DNA from: Opitutales bacterium
GTDB taxonomy: Bacteria; Verrucomicrobiota; Verrucomicrobiia; Opitutales; JABSRG01
Assembly (NCBI GenBank): GCA_051117635.1
Contig: JBNPEH010000029.1
Location: forward strand, 53,861 to 117,860
Reading direction: 5' to 3'
Length of the DNA stretch: 64,000 nt
The notes under the pieces are model-generated. The model saw nothing but the letters and a program-made list of their open reading frames with translations, did not search any database and was not told where the DNA came from. The position numbers and the translations under genes were made by a program. Positions 1 to 10,545 of this stretch are shown piece after piece (the stretch's first letter is position 1; the number at the start of each line of letters is the position of its first letter).

Positions 1-52
1 GCCGGGGCGGAAGCCGCTGGCGAGGATCCTGAATAGGCCCCAGGTTCGTTTC

Positions 53-1132
53 ATGGTCTACTTCTGGTTGCTCATTGGGCTAATCCTGCTGGTCCTCGGC
101 GCGGAGGTGCTGATCCGCGGGGCGAGTCGCCTGGCCGCGGGCCTCGGGCTCCCACCCCTGGTGATCGGTCTGACGGTCGTGGCCTACGGAACAAGCGCCC
201 CCGAACTCGCGGTAAGCATCAAGGCCGGGCTGACGGGGGAAGGCGCGGTGGCCGTCGGCAACGTCATCGGCAGCAACATTTTCAACGTGCTGTTTATCCT
301 GGGCCTGTGTGCGCTGGTCGCGCCGCTGACCGTCGCTTCCAAACTGATTCGACTGGATGTGCCGATCATGATCCTGGCCTCGTTCGTGATCCTGTTCCTC
401 GGGTTCGATGGGGTATTCGCCCGCCGGGAAGGGCTCCTCCTCGTCGTCGGCCTGGTCGCTTACACTGTTTTTCTGGTTGTGGCGGGGAGGAAAGAACAAC
501 CGGCCGTCGACCTGAAGGACACGGTCGAGCCCGAACCGGGCAATCCCTGGCTACAGGCGCTCATCGCTCTGGTCGGTCTGGGCATCCTGGTGGCCGGGTC
601 ACGCCTGTTTGTCGGCGGGGCCATCGCCCTCGCCCGGGTCATCGGCCTGAGCGAGTCGGTAATCGGCCTGACCATCGTGGCGGCCGGCACGTCGCTTCCG
701 GAGGTCGTGACTTCGGTGGTGGCCACTATCCGGGGCAAGCGGGAAATCGCGGTCGGCAACGTCATCGGGAGCAATACCTTCAATATCCTGGGGGTCCTGG
801 GCCTCTCCTCCCTGTTCGGGGCGGGAGGCTTTCTGGCCTTCCCGGCGGCCATGCTCCACTTCGACTTGCCGGTCATGATCATCGTGGCGCTGGCCTGCCT
901 GCCGGTCTTTTTAACCGGCGGCCGGATCAGCCGGAGCGAGGGGGCCGTCCTGTTCGGCTACTACCTCCTCTACACCCTGTATTTGATTCTGGCGTCCAGC
1001 CAGCACGACGCCCTGCCCGCCTACAGCAAGGCCCTTTTCTGGTTCATCATCCCGCTCAACCTGGCCACCTGGGTGTTTGTTGCGCTGGTCCTGAAACCAG
1101 AGAACCGGCCTGAGGACCCCCATCCTTCCTAG
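53..1132 (+). CDS. Ca2+/Na+ (cation:cation) antiporter, YrbG family
   Basis: Two alpha-repeats (GTSAPE..GNVIGSN and GTSLPE..GNVIGSN); about 10 hydrophobic segments. Confidence 0.92.
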   Translation: MVYFWLLIGLILLVLGAEVLIRGASRLAAGLGLPPLVIGLTVVAYGTSAPELAVSIKAGLTGEGAVAVGNVIGSNIFNVLFILGLCALVAPLTVASKLIRLDVPIMILASFVILFLGFDGVFARREGLLLVVGLVAYTVFLVVAGRKEQPAVDLKDTVEPEPGNPWLQALIALVGLGILVAGSRLFVGGAIALARVIGLSESVIGLTIVAAGTSLPEVVTSVVATIRGKREIAVGNVIGSNTFNILGVLGLSSLFGAGGFLAFPAAMLHFDLPVMIIVALACLPVFLTGGRISRSEGAVLFGYYLLYTLYLILASSQHDALPAYSKALFWFIIPLNLATWVFVALVLKPENRPEDPHPS

Positions 1133-1410
1133 CTGTCCGGCTCGACGATCTGGTCGGAATCGGCATCCGGGTCCGTGTAGGAACCCGTGTACGGTTCGCC
1201 GGTACTGACGGGCCCGGGACCGAACGGCGTGTCGACCACCACGTAGCCTTCTTCCTCAACCAGCCCCCGGCCAAATTTCTCGGGAGCGCCGAATGAAGTG
1301 CCGCCGACCACCGCGATGAAGATATCCTCCTCCGGTTCGACCTGGGCGAAGAGGGGCCCGGCCGGCGGCAGGATCAGGAGGCAGACAATCAGGCTTTTGA
1401 AAAAACGTAT
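1129..1410 (-). pseudogene. Probable remnant of an exported MTAP/PNP-like nucleoside phosphorylase (N-terminus only)
   Basis: Open frame from ATA at 1410: signal-peptide-like IRFFKSLIVCLLILPPAGPLFA, then IAVVGGTS...VVVDTPFG resembling the MTAP N-terminus; stop after 93 codons. Confidence 0.4.
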
Positions 1411-1449
1411 AGTGAACGGAAGCAGTGCTTGTGCCAGCGGGTCAGCGGT

Positions 1450-2901
1450 CTATCCGATGGCCAGCGCCCAGTCCGAAACATGGGGGGCTTGCCACGAATC
1501 CCCGTTCAGCGTGACCGGCAGCTCTTTGTAGGGCTGACAGGTATCCACGGCGACCGCCGGGCCTTCCGGCACGCCGGACAGCTCGATTTCTCCCGCGTCC
1601 TCCGCATACAGCAACCAATACCGACCATCCGTGGAGCGGAGGGCCGCTCCTGCCGGACGATCGGGATCCGGCTCCAAATCAATCGTGAAGCGGTCTTCAA
1701 AGAAGCGGCGGCAGGTCAGCAGCACCCCGGCATCGGGATACGGCAAACTCATCCCCCGCGCCTCGCTGTGGCCGACGAAACAGCCCCAGATATTGCCCAT
1801 ACCACCGACCATCCAGCTGTGCCAGAGCCCGCGGCGTGTCATCGTCTGGTCGTAATCCTTGGCTGCATGCGTCTCGCTGTCGCGGATGCGAAACCGGTCC
1901 TCGCTGAGGACCGGGCGCTGCGGATTGGCCTCCATCAGCGCGCGGTAATCCCCGGGCGTCGGTCGGAATTGGGTGTATCCAGCATAGTCCAGGCCGTCGC
2001 AGATCTGGGCGATGCGGCCATCCCGGCCGGGAGAGCCGGCCCGGGCGCCCAGGAGATGCGGCCAGCCAAGGAGACCGCTCAGGTGTCGGTGCCAGGCCGC
2101 CAACTCCTCTTCAGAGACCCAGTGCTCGAGGTCGTAGCCGTAACCGAGGGTCCAGCCCGGCAGGGGCCCGAGCCGCGCGGCCAGATAGCGTTGCAGTCGA
2201 CGATCCACCCGGCCGTTGATGCCACCCCAGTCATCACGCATCGGTGTCTGCCGGTGATTGGCGTCGTTGTCTCCCCACATCCAGAAGTGGACCATGCCAC
2301 CCGCCTGATGAACCTGCCGGATCAGGGTTTCCAGGACAGCGAAGGTACGCGGGTCGGGATTGGGGTCGGGATCTTCGAATTCGGTATGCGCCTGTTTGTC
2401 GATGTCGAGCCAGCGACAGAAGACAGGTACATGGAAACCGTGAAAACCGTGCCGGGTGAGAAACGTTTCGATGTCATCGGGAATCGCGTCGATATGGGCG
2501 GCCAGGTCGTCGGGCTGGCGGTACATGACCCACTGGGGAGCCAGGACCTGCCCCGTGGCCTGCCAGGCCCAACGGTTGCCGCGTGCGGTAACGAAGGCGT
2601 TGCCGCTGATCGTATCCGGCGGACCGACGGTCACCCGTCCCTCGAAAGCCGGCAGGCCCGCGGGCAGGTCCCGACCCGCAAACGTCCACCGACCCTCCCG
2701 GGTGGGAGCAAAGCGAAAAGCCCAGGCGCCGGCGCCGTCCCAGTACAGGCCGGTGGTCCGGACTTCGCCGGTGGCTTCGTCGGTAAAGACGACTGTGGCG
2801 GCACAATCGTAGGGATTTCCTTCGGGCTCGGTTTCCGGCTCCAGGTGCCAGTCCACGGTAGGCCCGAAGCGGGCAACGGCTCGTTCGAGGTCTGTTGTCA
2901 T
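1450..2901 (-). CDS. DUF5060/DUF4038-like putative glycoside hydrolase-fold protein
   Basis: N-terminal GNPYD...WAFRFAPTREGRWT Ig-like motif followed by a TIM-barrel-like region (RYLAARLG, RPVLSED). Confidence 0.6.
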   Translation of the reverse strand: MTTDLERAVARFGPTVDWHLEPETEPEGNPYDCAATVVFTDEATGEVRTTGLYWDGAGAWAFRFAPTREGRWTFAGRDLPAGLPAFEGRVTVGPPDTISGNAFVTARGNRWAWQATGQVLAPQWVMYRQPDDLAAHIDAIPDDIETFLTRHGFHGFHVPVFCRWLDIDKQAHTEFEDPDPNPDPRTFAVLETLIRQVHQAGGMVHFWMWGDNDANHRQTPMRDDWGGINGRVDRRLQRYLAARLGPLPGWTLGYGYDLEHWVSEEELAAWHRHLSGLLGWPHLLGARAGSPGRDGRIAQICDGLDYAGYTQFRPTPGDYRALMEANPQRPVLSEDRFRIRDSETHAAKDYDQTMTRRGLWHSWMVGGMGNIWGCFVGHSEARGMSLPYPDAGVLLTCRRFFEDRFTIDLEPDPDRPAGAALRSTDGRYWLLYAEDAGEIELSGVPEGPAVAVDTCQPYKELPVTLNGDSWQAPHVSDWALAIG

Positions 2902-2908
2902 CAGGGAA

Positions 2909-5900
2909 TCAGGGTTTGCCCCAGCCACCCCCACCGGGTGTTCTCAGGATCAATTGGTCGTCCACGTCCAGGCGCAGGGTGATGCCCCCGGGCAGGGCTT
3001 CCCGGGATCCGTCGGAACGGATACGTTCCTGTTCTCCTGGTGCACCCGGCAGGCCGCCTTTCAGGCCATAAGGACCCTCTTTGCGGTGCTGGCACAACAA
3101 AGAAAGTGTTTGTGCCTTCAGGAAACGGTAATGCCGGACGAGGCCATCCCCGCCGGGGTGCTTCCCTGCCCCACCCGATTCCCGCCGCAGGCTGAACCGC
3201 TCGATGCGCACCGGGAATCGTCGTTCGAGGATCTCGGGGTCGGTAATGGCGGTGTTGGTCATGTGACTGTGTATGCCCGAGGCGCCGGGACCGTCCTCCG
3301 TCGCGCCGCAGCCACCCCCAATGGTTTCGTACATCCCGCCCGCATCGTCACCGAATACCGTGTTGTTCATCGTGCCCTGGCTGCAGGCCATTTCACCGAA
3401 GGCCAGCAGCAGCGTGTCAACGACGCGCTGCGACACCTCCACGTTGCCGCCGACCACCGCCGGGGCCTGCCCGGGATCTCCGGAAAAATCAGGATTCAGG
3501 AAGCTGTTTTCCGGGAGCGTGAGGGTGACGGGGTCCATCAACCCCTCGTTGAGCAGCAGGTCGCCGCCGATCAGGACGCGCAGCACGTAGATGACGGCAC
3601 TCCGGATGACGGCGGGGGTGGCGTTCAGGTTGCCGGGGTGAACCGGGTCTGTACCGGAAAAATCGATACAGACTTGATTGGCGTCTACCGCCACCGAGAG
3701 GCGAATGGTCGAGCCGTCGTCCAGGCGCTGTTCCGCCCTTGCCTGAAAGCCCGGGCGTGTCTCCAGCCAGGCGGCCAGCCGGTCCCGGGCGGCCTTGCGC
3801 AGGAAGGTCATGTGATCGGTCAACTCATCGGCCCCGTACCGGTCGGCCAGGTCCCGGAGGGACCGGGTGCCCAGCCGCAGGGCCGCGACCTGAGCCTGCA
3901 GATCGGCGATGTTCTCCGAGACGCGACGGCTGGGCCAGGGGCCGGAGCTAAGTCGACCAGCCATAGCTTCCCAGTCCGCCTTTCCGCCGTCGAACAGTTT
4001 GAAGGGCGAAAGCACCACCCCTTCCTCGGCCAGACAGGCGGCATCGGCGGGCATGGAACCGGGTGCCTTGCCCCCGAGTTCGGCATGATGCGCGCGGGTG
4101 GCCAGGTAACCCAGGAGCGAGCCATCATCACCGGGGCCGAAGACCGGCGCAAATACGGTGATGTCCGGCAGGTGGCTACCCCCGAACCCGGGATGGTTGA
4201 CCACCACCACGTCGCCGGACGCGACTGTTTCCGTCTCCAGAACCCGCCGCAAACAGGCGCCAAGCGCCCCCAGGTGCACGGGAATGTGCGGGGCATTGAG
4301 CACAAGCCGGGCGTCGGGATCCAGCAGCGCACAGGAGAAATCGAGCCGCTCCCGGATGTTGGTCGACAAGGCCGTACGTTGCAACTGGAGGCCCATTTCC
4401 TCCACCAGGACACGGAAGCGCTGGGTCAGCATTTCACGCCGGATCAACGCCGATCCGGATGCGTGTCCGGAGCGTTTGGTCCGCTTCAGCAGCAGGGATC
4501 CCCGGTCGCCCCCGGAGCGGCTCCACCCGGCATCGATGACCACCGTGCCGAAGGCACTGGCTTCGACCTGAGGCTGTTCAAAGGTTCGTGCTTCGCCGAA
4601 TGCTTCTTTTTCCGGCTCGCCGAGGCGGGTCCCGACTTCCACCCGGAGCGCCACCACTTCCACGGAGTGATCGCCCGGCGGATGGTAACCGAAAACCTGC
4701 TCAAAGCGGTCGCGAAATCCCTTCGCCAGGTCCGTCTCCGGCTGGTCCACGTCGATCCGCAAGGTCACTTCCTGCCCGGAAAGGCGACACTCCGCCGAGG
4801 CAGCGAGGCGGTGCAGCTCCTGATTTGGCCCCAGACTGCCGACCAGACGATCACGCCCCTGTTGCTCGAGGGTCGCGAGCCGGGCGGACAGTTCGCCCTG
4901 AACGGTATCAGCCCCTTGCAGGACCTGACCGTCTTCCACCGTTTTCAACACGGCATGGTTCAGGCCAACCGCACTGAGGATCCCCGCGTCTCCGGGAATG
5001 AGGATGCGTTCCATGCCCAGCTCGGCCCCGATCGCGCAGGCGTGTTGTCCGCCGGCGCCGCCGAAGGCGACCAGCGTGTAATCCTTGGGGTCAAACCCCT
5101 CCCGGACCGAGATCTTTCGGATGGCGTCAGCCATTCGGGCGTTCGCAACGTCGAGAAAACCGCGCAACACCGCTTCCTGCTCCGCCTCTCCCTCCCGGTC
5201 GGCCCGGAAGGCTTCCAGGACGGGTTCGAGGGCGGCCTTGGCGGCCTCCGGGTAAACGGGCACATTGAAGGTCTCGGGATCCGTCCTGCCGAGCAGCAGG
5301 TTGACGTCCGTCAGCGTCAGCGGTCCACCCGCCCCGTAGCAGGCCGGGCCTGGGTCCGCACCGGCACTGTCAGGCCCCACTTCCAGAAAACCCTTGCGGT
5401 AACGACAGATGCTGCCGCCCCCCGCGGCCACGGTCTCGATCCGCAGCGCCGGCGCCTGCAAGCGAGCCCGACCGACCCGGTGGCTGCTCAGCAGGTCCAG
5501 CCGACCGTCGTAACGCGAAACATCGGTGCTGGTGCCGCCCATGTCGAAGGCGATCAGGCATTCCAGCCCCAGGCGGGCCCCGGCCGCAGCGACCCCCACC
5601 ACCCCGCCGGCCGGCCCGGACAGGAGGCTGTCCTTGGGCCGGTACAAGTCCCGGGGCACCAGGCCGCCCGCACTGGTCATCACCCGGATGCCACTCCCTT
5701 CAGCCAGGGCTTCGGAAACCCGGTGCAGGTACCCGGTCAGGATGGGCGCCAGGTAGGCGTCGACGAGGGCTGTTTCCGCCCGGCGGGCGATGCGGGTAAA
5801 GGCGCTGACGTCGGAGGAAAGCACAACCGTGGAAAACCCCGCCTGGTGCAGCCGTTCCCCAACCTGCCGTTCATGGTCCGGATTCTGATCACTGTGCATC

Positions 5901-6613
5901 AGGGCAACCGCCGCCACGGTGAAACCATCGTCGACCAGACTCTGGAGGGCCGTATCCAGTTTCCGGATATCCAGAGAGCGAATCTCCCGGCCGGATGCAT
6001 CGAGCCGGCCGGTGACTTCCAACACCCGGTCATGGAGCGGCCGGGGCCGGGCCGGATTGCGGGCGAAAAGATCGGGACGCGTCTGATCGCCGATGCGCAG
6101 CAGGTCCCCGAAGCCGGCCGTCACCAGAAACAGGACTCGGGCGCCGGTTTCCTCCAGCAGGGCATTGGTCCCGCGGGTGGTGGCCAGGCGCAGTTCCATT
6201 CGCGGCAAGGGCTCTCCTGCCGGCACGCCGGTGGCCAGGTGGGCGGCCAGGACGGGCGCTTCCAGACCACTCGCCAGCGACAGCAGGGCCCCCGGCCCGG
6301 GCCGGTCCGCGAGGTTCCGGTCGAGCGACAGACGCCCGCTTTCCACCGAAAATCCCCGGACACGCGCTCTGGAATCATCATCGGAAGATGCATGCAGGTT
6401 GAATCCCCGGGCAAAATCGTCCGGCCCCGACCAGCCGGGATCGATAACCAGGGTCCGCGCGTCGAGGACCGACCGGACACGCGCCCTCAGGTGTCCCGAG
6501 GACAGGACCTTTTTGCGGACTTCGCGACCGTCCGGAGCGATGGCCAGGCAGTCGGTAAACGTGCCGCCCGTATCGACAAACAGGCGCCAGGGCTGCTCAG
6601 GTTCGACCGTCAT
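2909..6613 (-). CDS. Fused hydantoinase A/B, 5-oxoprolinase-like (ATP-dependent)
   Basis: [55 protein letters not shown] motifs. Confidence 0.93.
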   Translation of the reverse strand: MTVEPEQPWRLFVDTGGTFTDCLAIAPDGREVRKKVLSSGHLRARVRSVLDARTLVIDPGWSGPDDFARGFNLHASSDDDSRARVRGFSVESGRLSLDRNLADRPGPGALLSLASGLEAPVLAAHLATGVPAGEPLPRMELRLATTRGTNALLEETGARVLFLVTAGFGDLLRIGDQTRPDLFARNPARPRPLHDRVLEVTGRLDASGREIRSLDIRKLDTALQSLVDDGFTVAAVALMHSDQNPDHERQVGERLHQAGFSTVVLSSDVSAFTRIARRAETALVDAYLAPILTGYLHRVSEALAEGSGIRVMTSAGGLVPRDLYRPKDSLLSGPAGGVVGVAAAGARLGLECLIAFDMGGTSTDVSRYDGRLDLLSSHRVGRARLQAPALRIETVAAGGGSICRYRKGFLEVGPDSAGADPGPACYGAGGPLTLTDVNLLLGRTDPETFNVPVYPEAAKAALEPVLEAFRADREGEAEQEAVLRGFLDVANARMADAIRKISVREGFDPKDYTLVAFGGAGGQHACAIGAELGMERILIPGDAGILSAVGLNHAVLKTVEDGQVLQGADTVQGELSARLATLEQQGRDRLVGSLGPNQELHRLAASAECRLSGQEVTLRIDVDQPETDLAKGFRDRFEQVFGYHPPGDHSVEVVALRVEVGTRLGEPEKEAFGEARTFEQPQVEASAFGTVVIDAGWSRSGGDRGSLLLKRTKRSGHASGSALIRREMLTQRFRVLVEEMGLQLQRTALSTNIRERLDFSCALLDPDARLVLNAPHIPVHLGALGACLRRVLETETVASGDVVVVNHPGFGGSHLPDITVFAPVFGPGDDGSLLGYLATRAHHAELGGKAPGSMPADAACLAEEGVVLSPFKLFDGGKADWEAMAGRLSSGPWPSRRVSENIADLQAQVAALRLGTRSLRDLADRYGADELTDHMTFLRKAARDRLAAWLETRPGFQARAEQRLDDGSTIRLSVAVDANQVCIDFSGTDPVHPGNLNATPAVIRSAVIYVLRVLIGGDLLLNEGLMDPVTLTLPENSFLNPDFSGDPGQAPAVVGGNVEVSQRVVDTLLLAFGEMACSQGTMNNTVFGDDAGGMYETIGGGCGATEDGPGASGIHSHMTNTAITDPEILERRFPVRIERFSLRRESGGAGKHPGGDGLVRHYRFLKAQTLSLLCQHRKEGPYGLKGGLPGAPGEQERIRSDGSREALPGGITLRLDVDDQLILRTPGGGGWGKP

Positions 6614-6813
6614 CACGGGGCGTAAGCGTGCGGAAACATCGGCCCATGGCAACCGCCACCATGGGTGTCGGGGCTTGGGCGCGTTTGGACAGTATGGCTG
6701 GAGTGGTGAACAGAGGGTTGCTCGAATTCCCTGAATCGGCCAGGCCTGGCGGCGCGGCTACGTTTTATACCAACCATTCAGCCTGGATCTGCCGTCACCA
6801 CCAACCAGCAACC

Positions 6814-6853
6814 CCTCCACTCCTCCACTACTCCACTCCTCCACTCCTCCACT
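6814..6853. repeat. Octamer tandem repeat, (C/A)CTCCACT x5
   Basis: Seen directly; overlaps the cysN stop codon. Confidence 0.9.
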
Positions 6854-8135
6854 AAATAATCATCCCGGCGGCGACGGTTTGGTTGGTGAAGGGATCGATG
6901 AGGACGAAGGAACCGGTTTGCCGGTTTCTCTTGTAGCTGTCGTGGGCAAGCGGAGCGGCCGTACGGATCCGGACGCGGCCGATATCGTTAAGACCGAAGG
7001 ACAGGTCGTCCTCGATCTTGTGCAGGGTGTTGATGTTGACCTTGTAGAGGACTTCCTGAACCACCGCTTTCGTTTCCCTGGTCGTCTGGCGCAGGACGTA
7101 TTTGCCGCGGCCCTGCAGTTTCCTGGAATCCGAAAACCAGCAGATCATGGCCTCGATATCCTGGCCCATGCGGGGAGGATTATTCGGTTTCACGATCATG
7201 TCCCCCCGCCCGATGTCGATCTCGTCCTCCAGGGTGATGGCGACCGACATGGGAGTGAAGGCCTCCGCCACGTCGCCGTCCATCGTATGGATGCCTTTGA
7301 TCTTCGAAGAAAAGCCGCTCGGCAGCACCTTGATCTCGTCCCCCGGCTTAAACACCCCCCCGGCGACACGACCGGCGTAACCGCGGAAGTCATGCCACTC
7401 CTGCGAATGCGGGCGGATCACCCACTGGACGGGAAAGCGGGCGTCCACGTGGTTGGCGTCCGCGCCGACGTATACCGTCTCCAGATGATAAAGCAGGCTC
7501 GGCCCCTGGTACCAGGGGGTCTTGCCCGAACGCTCGACCACGTTGTCGCCCACCAGCGCGCTGATGGGAATGAATTCCACGTCCACGATGCTTTCCAGGC
7601 GCGAAGCGAAGCTCTTGAAGTCGGCGACGATCCGGCTGTAGACGGCCTCCGCGTAGTCCACCAGATCCATCTTGTTGATGCAGACCACCACGTGTTGGAT
7701 CCGCAGCAGGTTGGCGATGAAGGCGTGGCGGCAGGTCTGCTCGATCACACCCTTCCGGGCATCGACCAGAATAACAGCCAGATTGGCGGTCGACGCGCCC
7801 GTCACCATGTTGCGGGTGTACTGAATATGCCCCGGCGTGTCGGCGATGATGAATTTGCGGCGCGGGGTGGCGAAATACCGATAGGCCACGTCGATGGTGA
7901 TGCCCTGCTCGCGTTCGGAGCGCAGACCGTCGGTCAGCAGGGCCAGGTTCACATTCTCGTCGCCGCGGCGCTTGCTGGTCAGCTCGATTGCCTCGAGCTG
8001 GTCTTCGAAAATGGCCTTGGAGTCGTAAAGGAGCCGGCCGATGAAAGTGCTCTTGCCGTCGTCGACACTGCCGGCCGTGGTGAACCGCAGCAGGTCCATG
8101 TCGGGATATCCGGAATCAAGGGAGGAGGGATTCAT
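6852..8135 (-). CDS. cysN: Sulfate adenylyltransferase subunit 1 (GTPase)
   Basis: GSVDDGKST, EREQGITIDVAYRYF, DTPGH, NKMD; adjacent to cysD. Confidence 0.97.
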   Translation of the reverse strand: MNPSSLDSGYPDMDLLRFTTAGSVDDGKSTFIGRLLYDSKAIFEDQLEAIELTSKRRGDENVNLALLTDGLRSEREQGITIDVAYRYFATPRRKFIIADTPGHIQYTRNMVTGASTANLAVILVDARKGVIEQTCRHAFIANLLRIQHVVVCINKMDLVDYAEAVYSRIVADFKSFASRLESIVDVEFIPISALVGDNVVERSGKTPWYQGPSLLYHLETVYVGADANHVDARFPVQWVIRPHSQEWHDFRGYAGRVAGGVFKPGDEIKVLPSGFSSKIKGIHTMDGDVAEAFTPMSVAITLEDEIDIGRGDMIVKPNNPPRMGQDIEAMICWFSDSRKLQGRGKYVLRQTTRETKAVVQEVLYKVNINTLHKIEDDLSFGLNDIGRVRIRTAAPLAHDSYKRNRQTGSFVLIDPFTNQTVAAGMII

Positions 8136-8183
8136 GGGAAAGTCGGAGTTTGCGTAAGGAATGATGGAATACGGCTTGCCGGA

Positions 8184-9092
8184 TCAGAAGTAGCCCTGGC
8201 GCTTGCGATCCTCCATTGAGCTCTCGCTGCGCTTGTCGTCGGCCCGGTTGCCGCGCTCGGTCACCCGCGCGGCGGCCACTTCGGCGATGATCTTCTCGAG
8301 GTCGTCAGCAGCGGATTCGACCGCCCCGGTGATGGTGGCGTCGCCCATGGTCCGGAAGCGTATCATCTTCCTGAGGACTTCCTCGCCGTCCTCCGGCACG
8401 ACGAATTCGGACACGGCCAGAATCGTCCTGTTGCGGATGACGCACTCCCGCTCCTGCGCGAAGTAAAGCGACGGCAGCGGGATGTTCTCGTGCTTGATGT
8501 ATTGCCAGACATCCATCTCGGTCCAGTTGGAGAGCGGGAAGATCCGGAAATGCTCGCCCGGCTGCATGCGCCCGTTGAACAGATTCCAGAGTTCGGGCCG
8601 CTGGTTCTTGGGGTCCCACTGGCCGAAGTCGTCCCGGTGGGAGAAGAAACGCTCCTTTGCCCGTGCCTTTTCCTCGTCGCGCCGGCCGCCGCCCAGTGCG
8701 GCATCGAATTGATGCTCTTCAATAGCATCCAGCAGCGTCTGGATCTGCAGCATGTTCCGGCTGGCGTTCGGTCCCTTTTCCTCGGCCACCCGGCCGTCCT
8801 TGATAGCCTGCTCCACCGAGGCCACCACCAGTTGGGCGCCGACGCGTTCAACCAGCTCATCGCGGAAGGCGATGGTCTCCCGGAAATTGTGGCCGGTATC
8901 GACGTGAACCAGCGGAAAGGGAATCTTGCCGGGCCAGAACGCCTTCCGGGCCAGGTGCGTCATCACGATCGAATCCTTGCCGCCGGAGAACAACAGGGCG
9001 GGCCGCTCAAACTGGGCGGCGGTCTCCCGCATGATGAAGATCGCCTCACTTTCGAGCTGTTTCAGGTGACTGAGGGTGTAGTCTTTGTGCAT
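8184..9092 (-). CDS. cysD: Sulfate adenylyltransferase subunit 2
   Basis: SGGKDS PP-loop, GGRRDEEKARAKER, SMEDRKRQGYF terminus. Confidence 0.97.
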   Translation of the reverse strand: MHKDYTLSHLKQLESEAIFIMRETAAQFERPALLFSGGKDSIVMTHLARKAFWPGKIPFPLVHVDTGHNFRETIAFRDELVERVGAQLVVASVEQAIKDGRVAEEKGPNASRNMLQIQTLLDAIEEHQFDAALGGGRRDEEKARAKERFFSHRDDFGQWDPKNQRPELWNLFNGRMQPGEHFRIFPLSNWTEMDVWQYIKHENIPLPSLYFAQERECVIRNRTILAVSEFVVPEDGEEVLRKMIRFRTMGDATITGAVESAADDLEKIIAEVAAARVTERGNRADDKRSESSMEDRKRQGYF

Positions 9093-9103
9093 GAGAAAAA
9101 AGG

Positions 9104-9706
9104 TCAGCCAAATCGCTTCCGTATGGCGGTTTCGAGTTGGGCCAGGCTGTCCTCCAGCGCCACGCCGTCGGTCTCGATCACCAGATCGGCACGGTCCGGT
9201 TCATCGAAGCCGGAATCCTTGCCGGTGAACTGTTTCACGCCGCCGGCGTTGGCCTTGGCATACAGGCCTTTCACGTCGCGCGCGGCGCAAGTCTCGAAGG
9301 AGGCTTTGACATACACCTCCAGCAGGTCGTCATCCCCGATGATTTCGCGAACCAGCGAGCGCAGCGCATTCGTGGGGGTGATGAAGGAACAGAAGGTGAT
9401 CACCCCGGCGTCGCGGAACAGCTTCGCCACCTCCGCGATCCGGCGAATGTTTTCCCGGCGTTCCTCATCCGAAAAGCCCAAATCCGCATTGAGGCCGCTC
9501 CGGATGTTGTCCCCGTCCAGAATCTGTGTAAACCAGCCCGCCGCATGCAGGTTGCGCTCCATCGCATTGACCAGCGTGCTCTTGCCCGAGCCCGACAGAC
9601 CATAGAGCCAGATGACGGCCCCGCGCTGCCCCAGCAGACGCTCCTTGTCCGCACGCTTCAGCATGCGGTCGAATTCCGGGTGAATATTGTCGGGCGAGGC
9701 AGCCAT
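9104..9706 (-). CDS. cysC: Adenylyl-sulfate (APS) kinase
   Basis: GLSGSGKST, LDGDNIR, ARDVKGLY. Confidence 0.96.
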   Translation of the reverse strand: MAASPDNIHPEFDRMLKRADKERLLGQRGAVIWLYGLSGSGKSTLVNAMERNLHAAGWFTQILDGDNIRSGLNADLGFSDEERRENIRRIAEVAKLFRDAGVITFCSFITPTNALRSLVREIIGDDDLLEVYVKASFETCAARDVKGLYAKANAGGVKQFTGKDSGFDEPDRADLVIETDGVALEDSLAQLETAIRKRFG

Positions 9707-9832
9707 CAGGATCAGTCAGCGGCGGCTTTCCGGTGCCGCAAAGGCGTCAGGTAAGCCAGACCCGGGCCGGCGAGTCCATCCCGAAAACCAAAATTCAGGG
9801 TTTTTTAGGTGAAAAACCTTTGATTCGACGGG

Positions 9833-10279
9833 TCAGCGCGTCCGCGCCTGATGGAGGGCGCGGGCGAGGCCGTCGGGATCGTCGGTTCCGAGTTCGAGGA
9901 AAGACTGGTCGGTAAAGGTGATGCGCAGGCCGGCGCGCCCGCCGATCCCGACCAGGCGGCTCCTATCGCCGAGGCGGCGGATGCCCCAGCCGGTTGGCGA
10001 TTGGAGGCTGACCGGGGCGACATCCTGAATCGCGTCGAGGGAGACGCTCTGGCGGATGAGCCCGAGCAGGCCGAAGCTCCAGGCGAGGCGCCCGCGGGCG
10101 ACGGTAACGGTCAGCGAGCCGAAGTTGACGGCCATAAACAGATCGAGGAGCAGCACACCGAGGGCGAGGGGCCAGAGGCTTGGGCGAAGCGAAACCAGGA
10201 CCGCAGCGGCGGCCAGCCCGCTCCCGAGGATCAGGCCGAGCATGGCGGTGCCCCATTGCGTGCATTGGTAATGAACCAT
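9833..10279 (-). CDS. Hypothetical membrane protein (two TM helices plus small soluble domain)
   Basis: Hydrophobic N-half; GWGIR and LGTDDPDGL motifs. Confidence 0.7.
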   Translation of the reverse strand: MVHYQCTQWGTAMLGLILGSGLAAAAVLVSLRPSLWPLALGVLLLDLFMAVNFGSLTVTVARGRLAWSFGLLGLIRQSVSLDAIQDVAPVSLQSPTGWGIRRLGDRSRLVGIGGRAGLRITFTDQSFLELGTDDPDGLARALHQARTR

Positions 10280-10326
10280 GGCGGACAGATTCGGGAGATG
10301 GGGGGATCGCCGCAATGCGCGACCGG

Positions 10327-10545
10327 CGGGTTAGGGCGTGTTTGAAAACCCCTGCCGGGAGTCGCGAACGCCGGCCTCCACCTTCGTCCAAGGACTTCGG
10401 CGGACAGGAAAGAGCCGGCGTCTCCATGGAGTGGCGGGCTCTTCCGCCGTCGCCTAAAAGGCTATGGCGGACAGGTCGGCCCGCCATACGCGTAAAAGCC
10501 GTCCGTTTCCGGCTTATCTCGACTTTCCAAACACGCCCTAACCCG
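10327..10545. mobile_element. MITE family B (about 210 bp; TIR GGGCGTGTTTG flanked by TA) with internal REP-like hairpins
   Basis: CGGGTTAGGGCGTGTTTG at 10327 and CAAACACGCCCTAACCCG ending at 10545; partial inverted copy at 54805-54910. Confidence 0.75.

Noticed and set aside
2954-6625. Very long antisense ORFs (1223 aa here; also 24430-26361, 26279-27895, 21649-23394, 57696-58961)
   Set aside because: They mirror well-supported genes on the opposite strand, as expected in high-GC DNA, and carry no recognisable motifs
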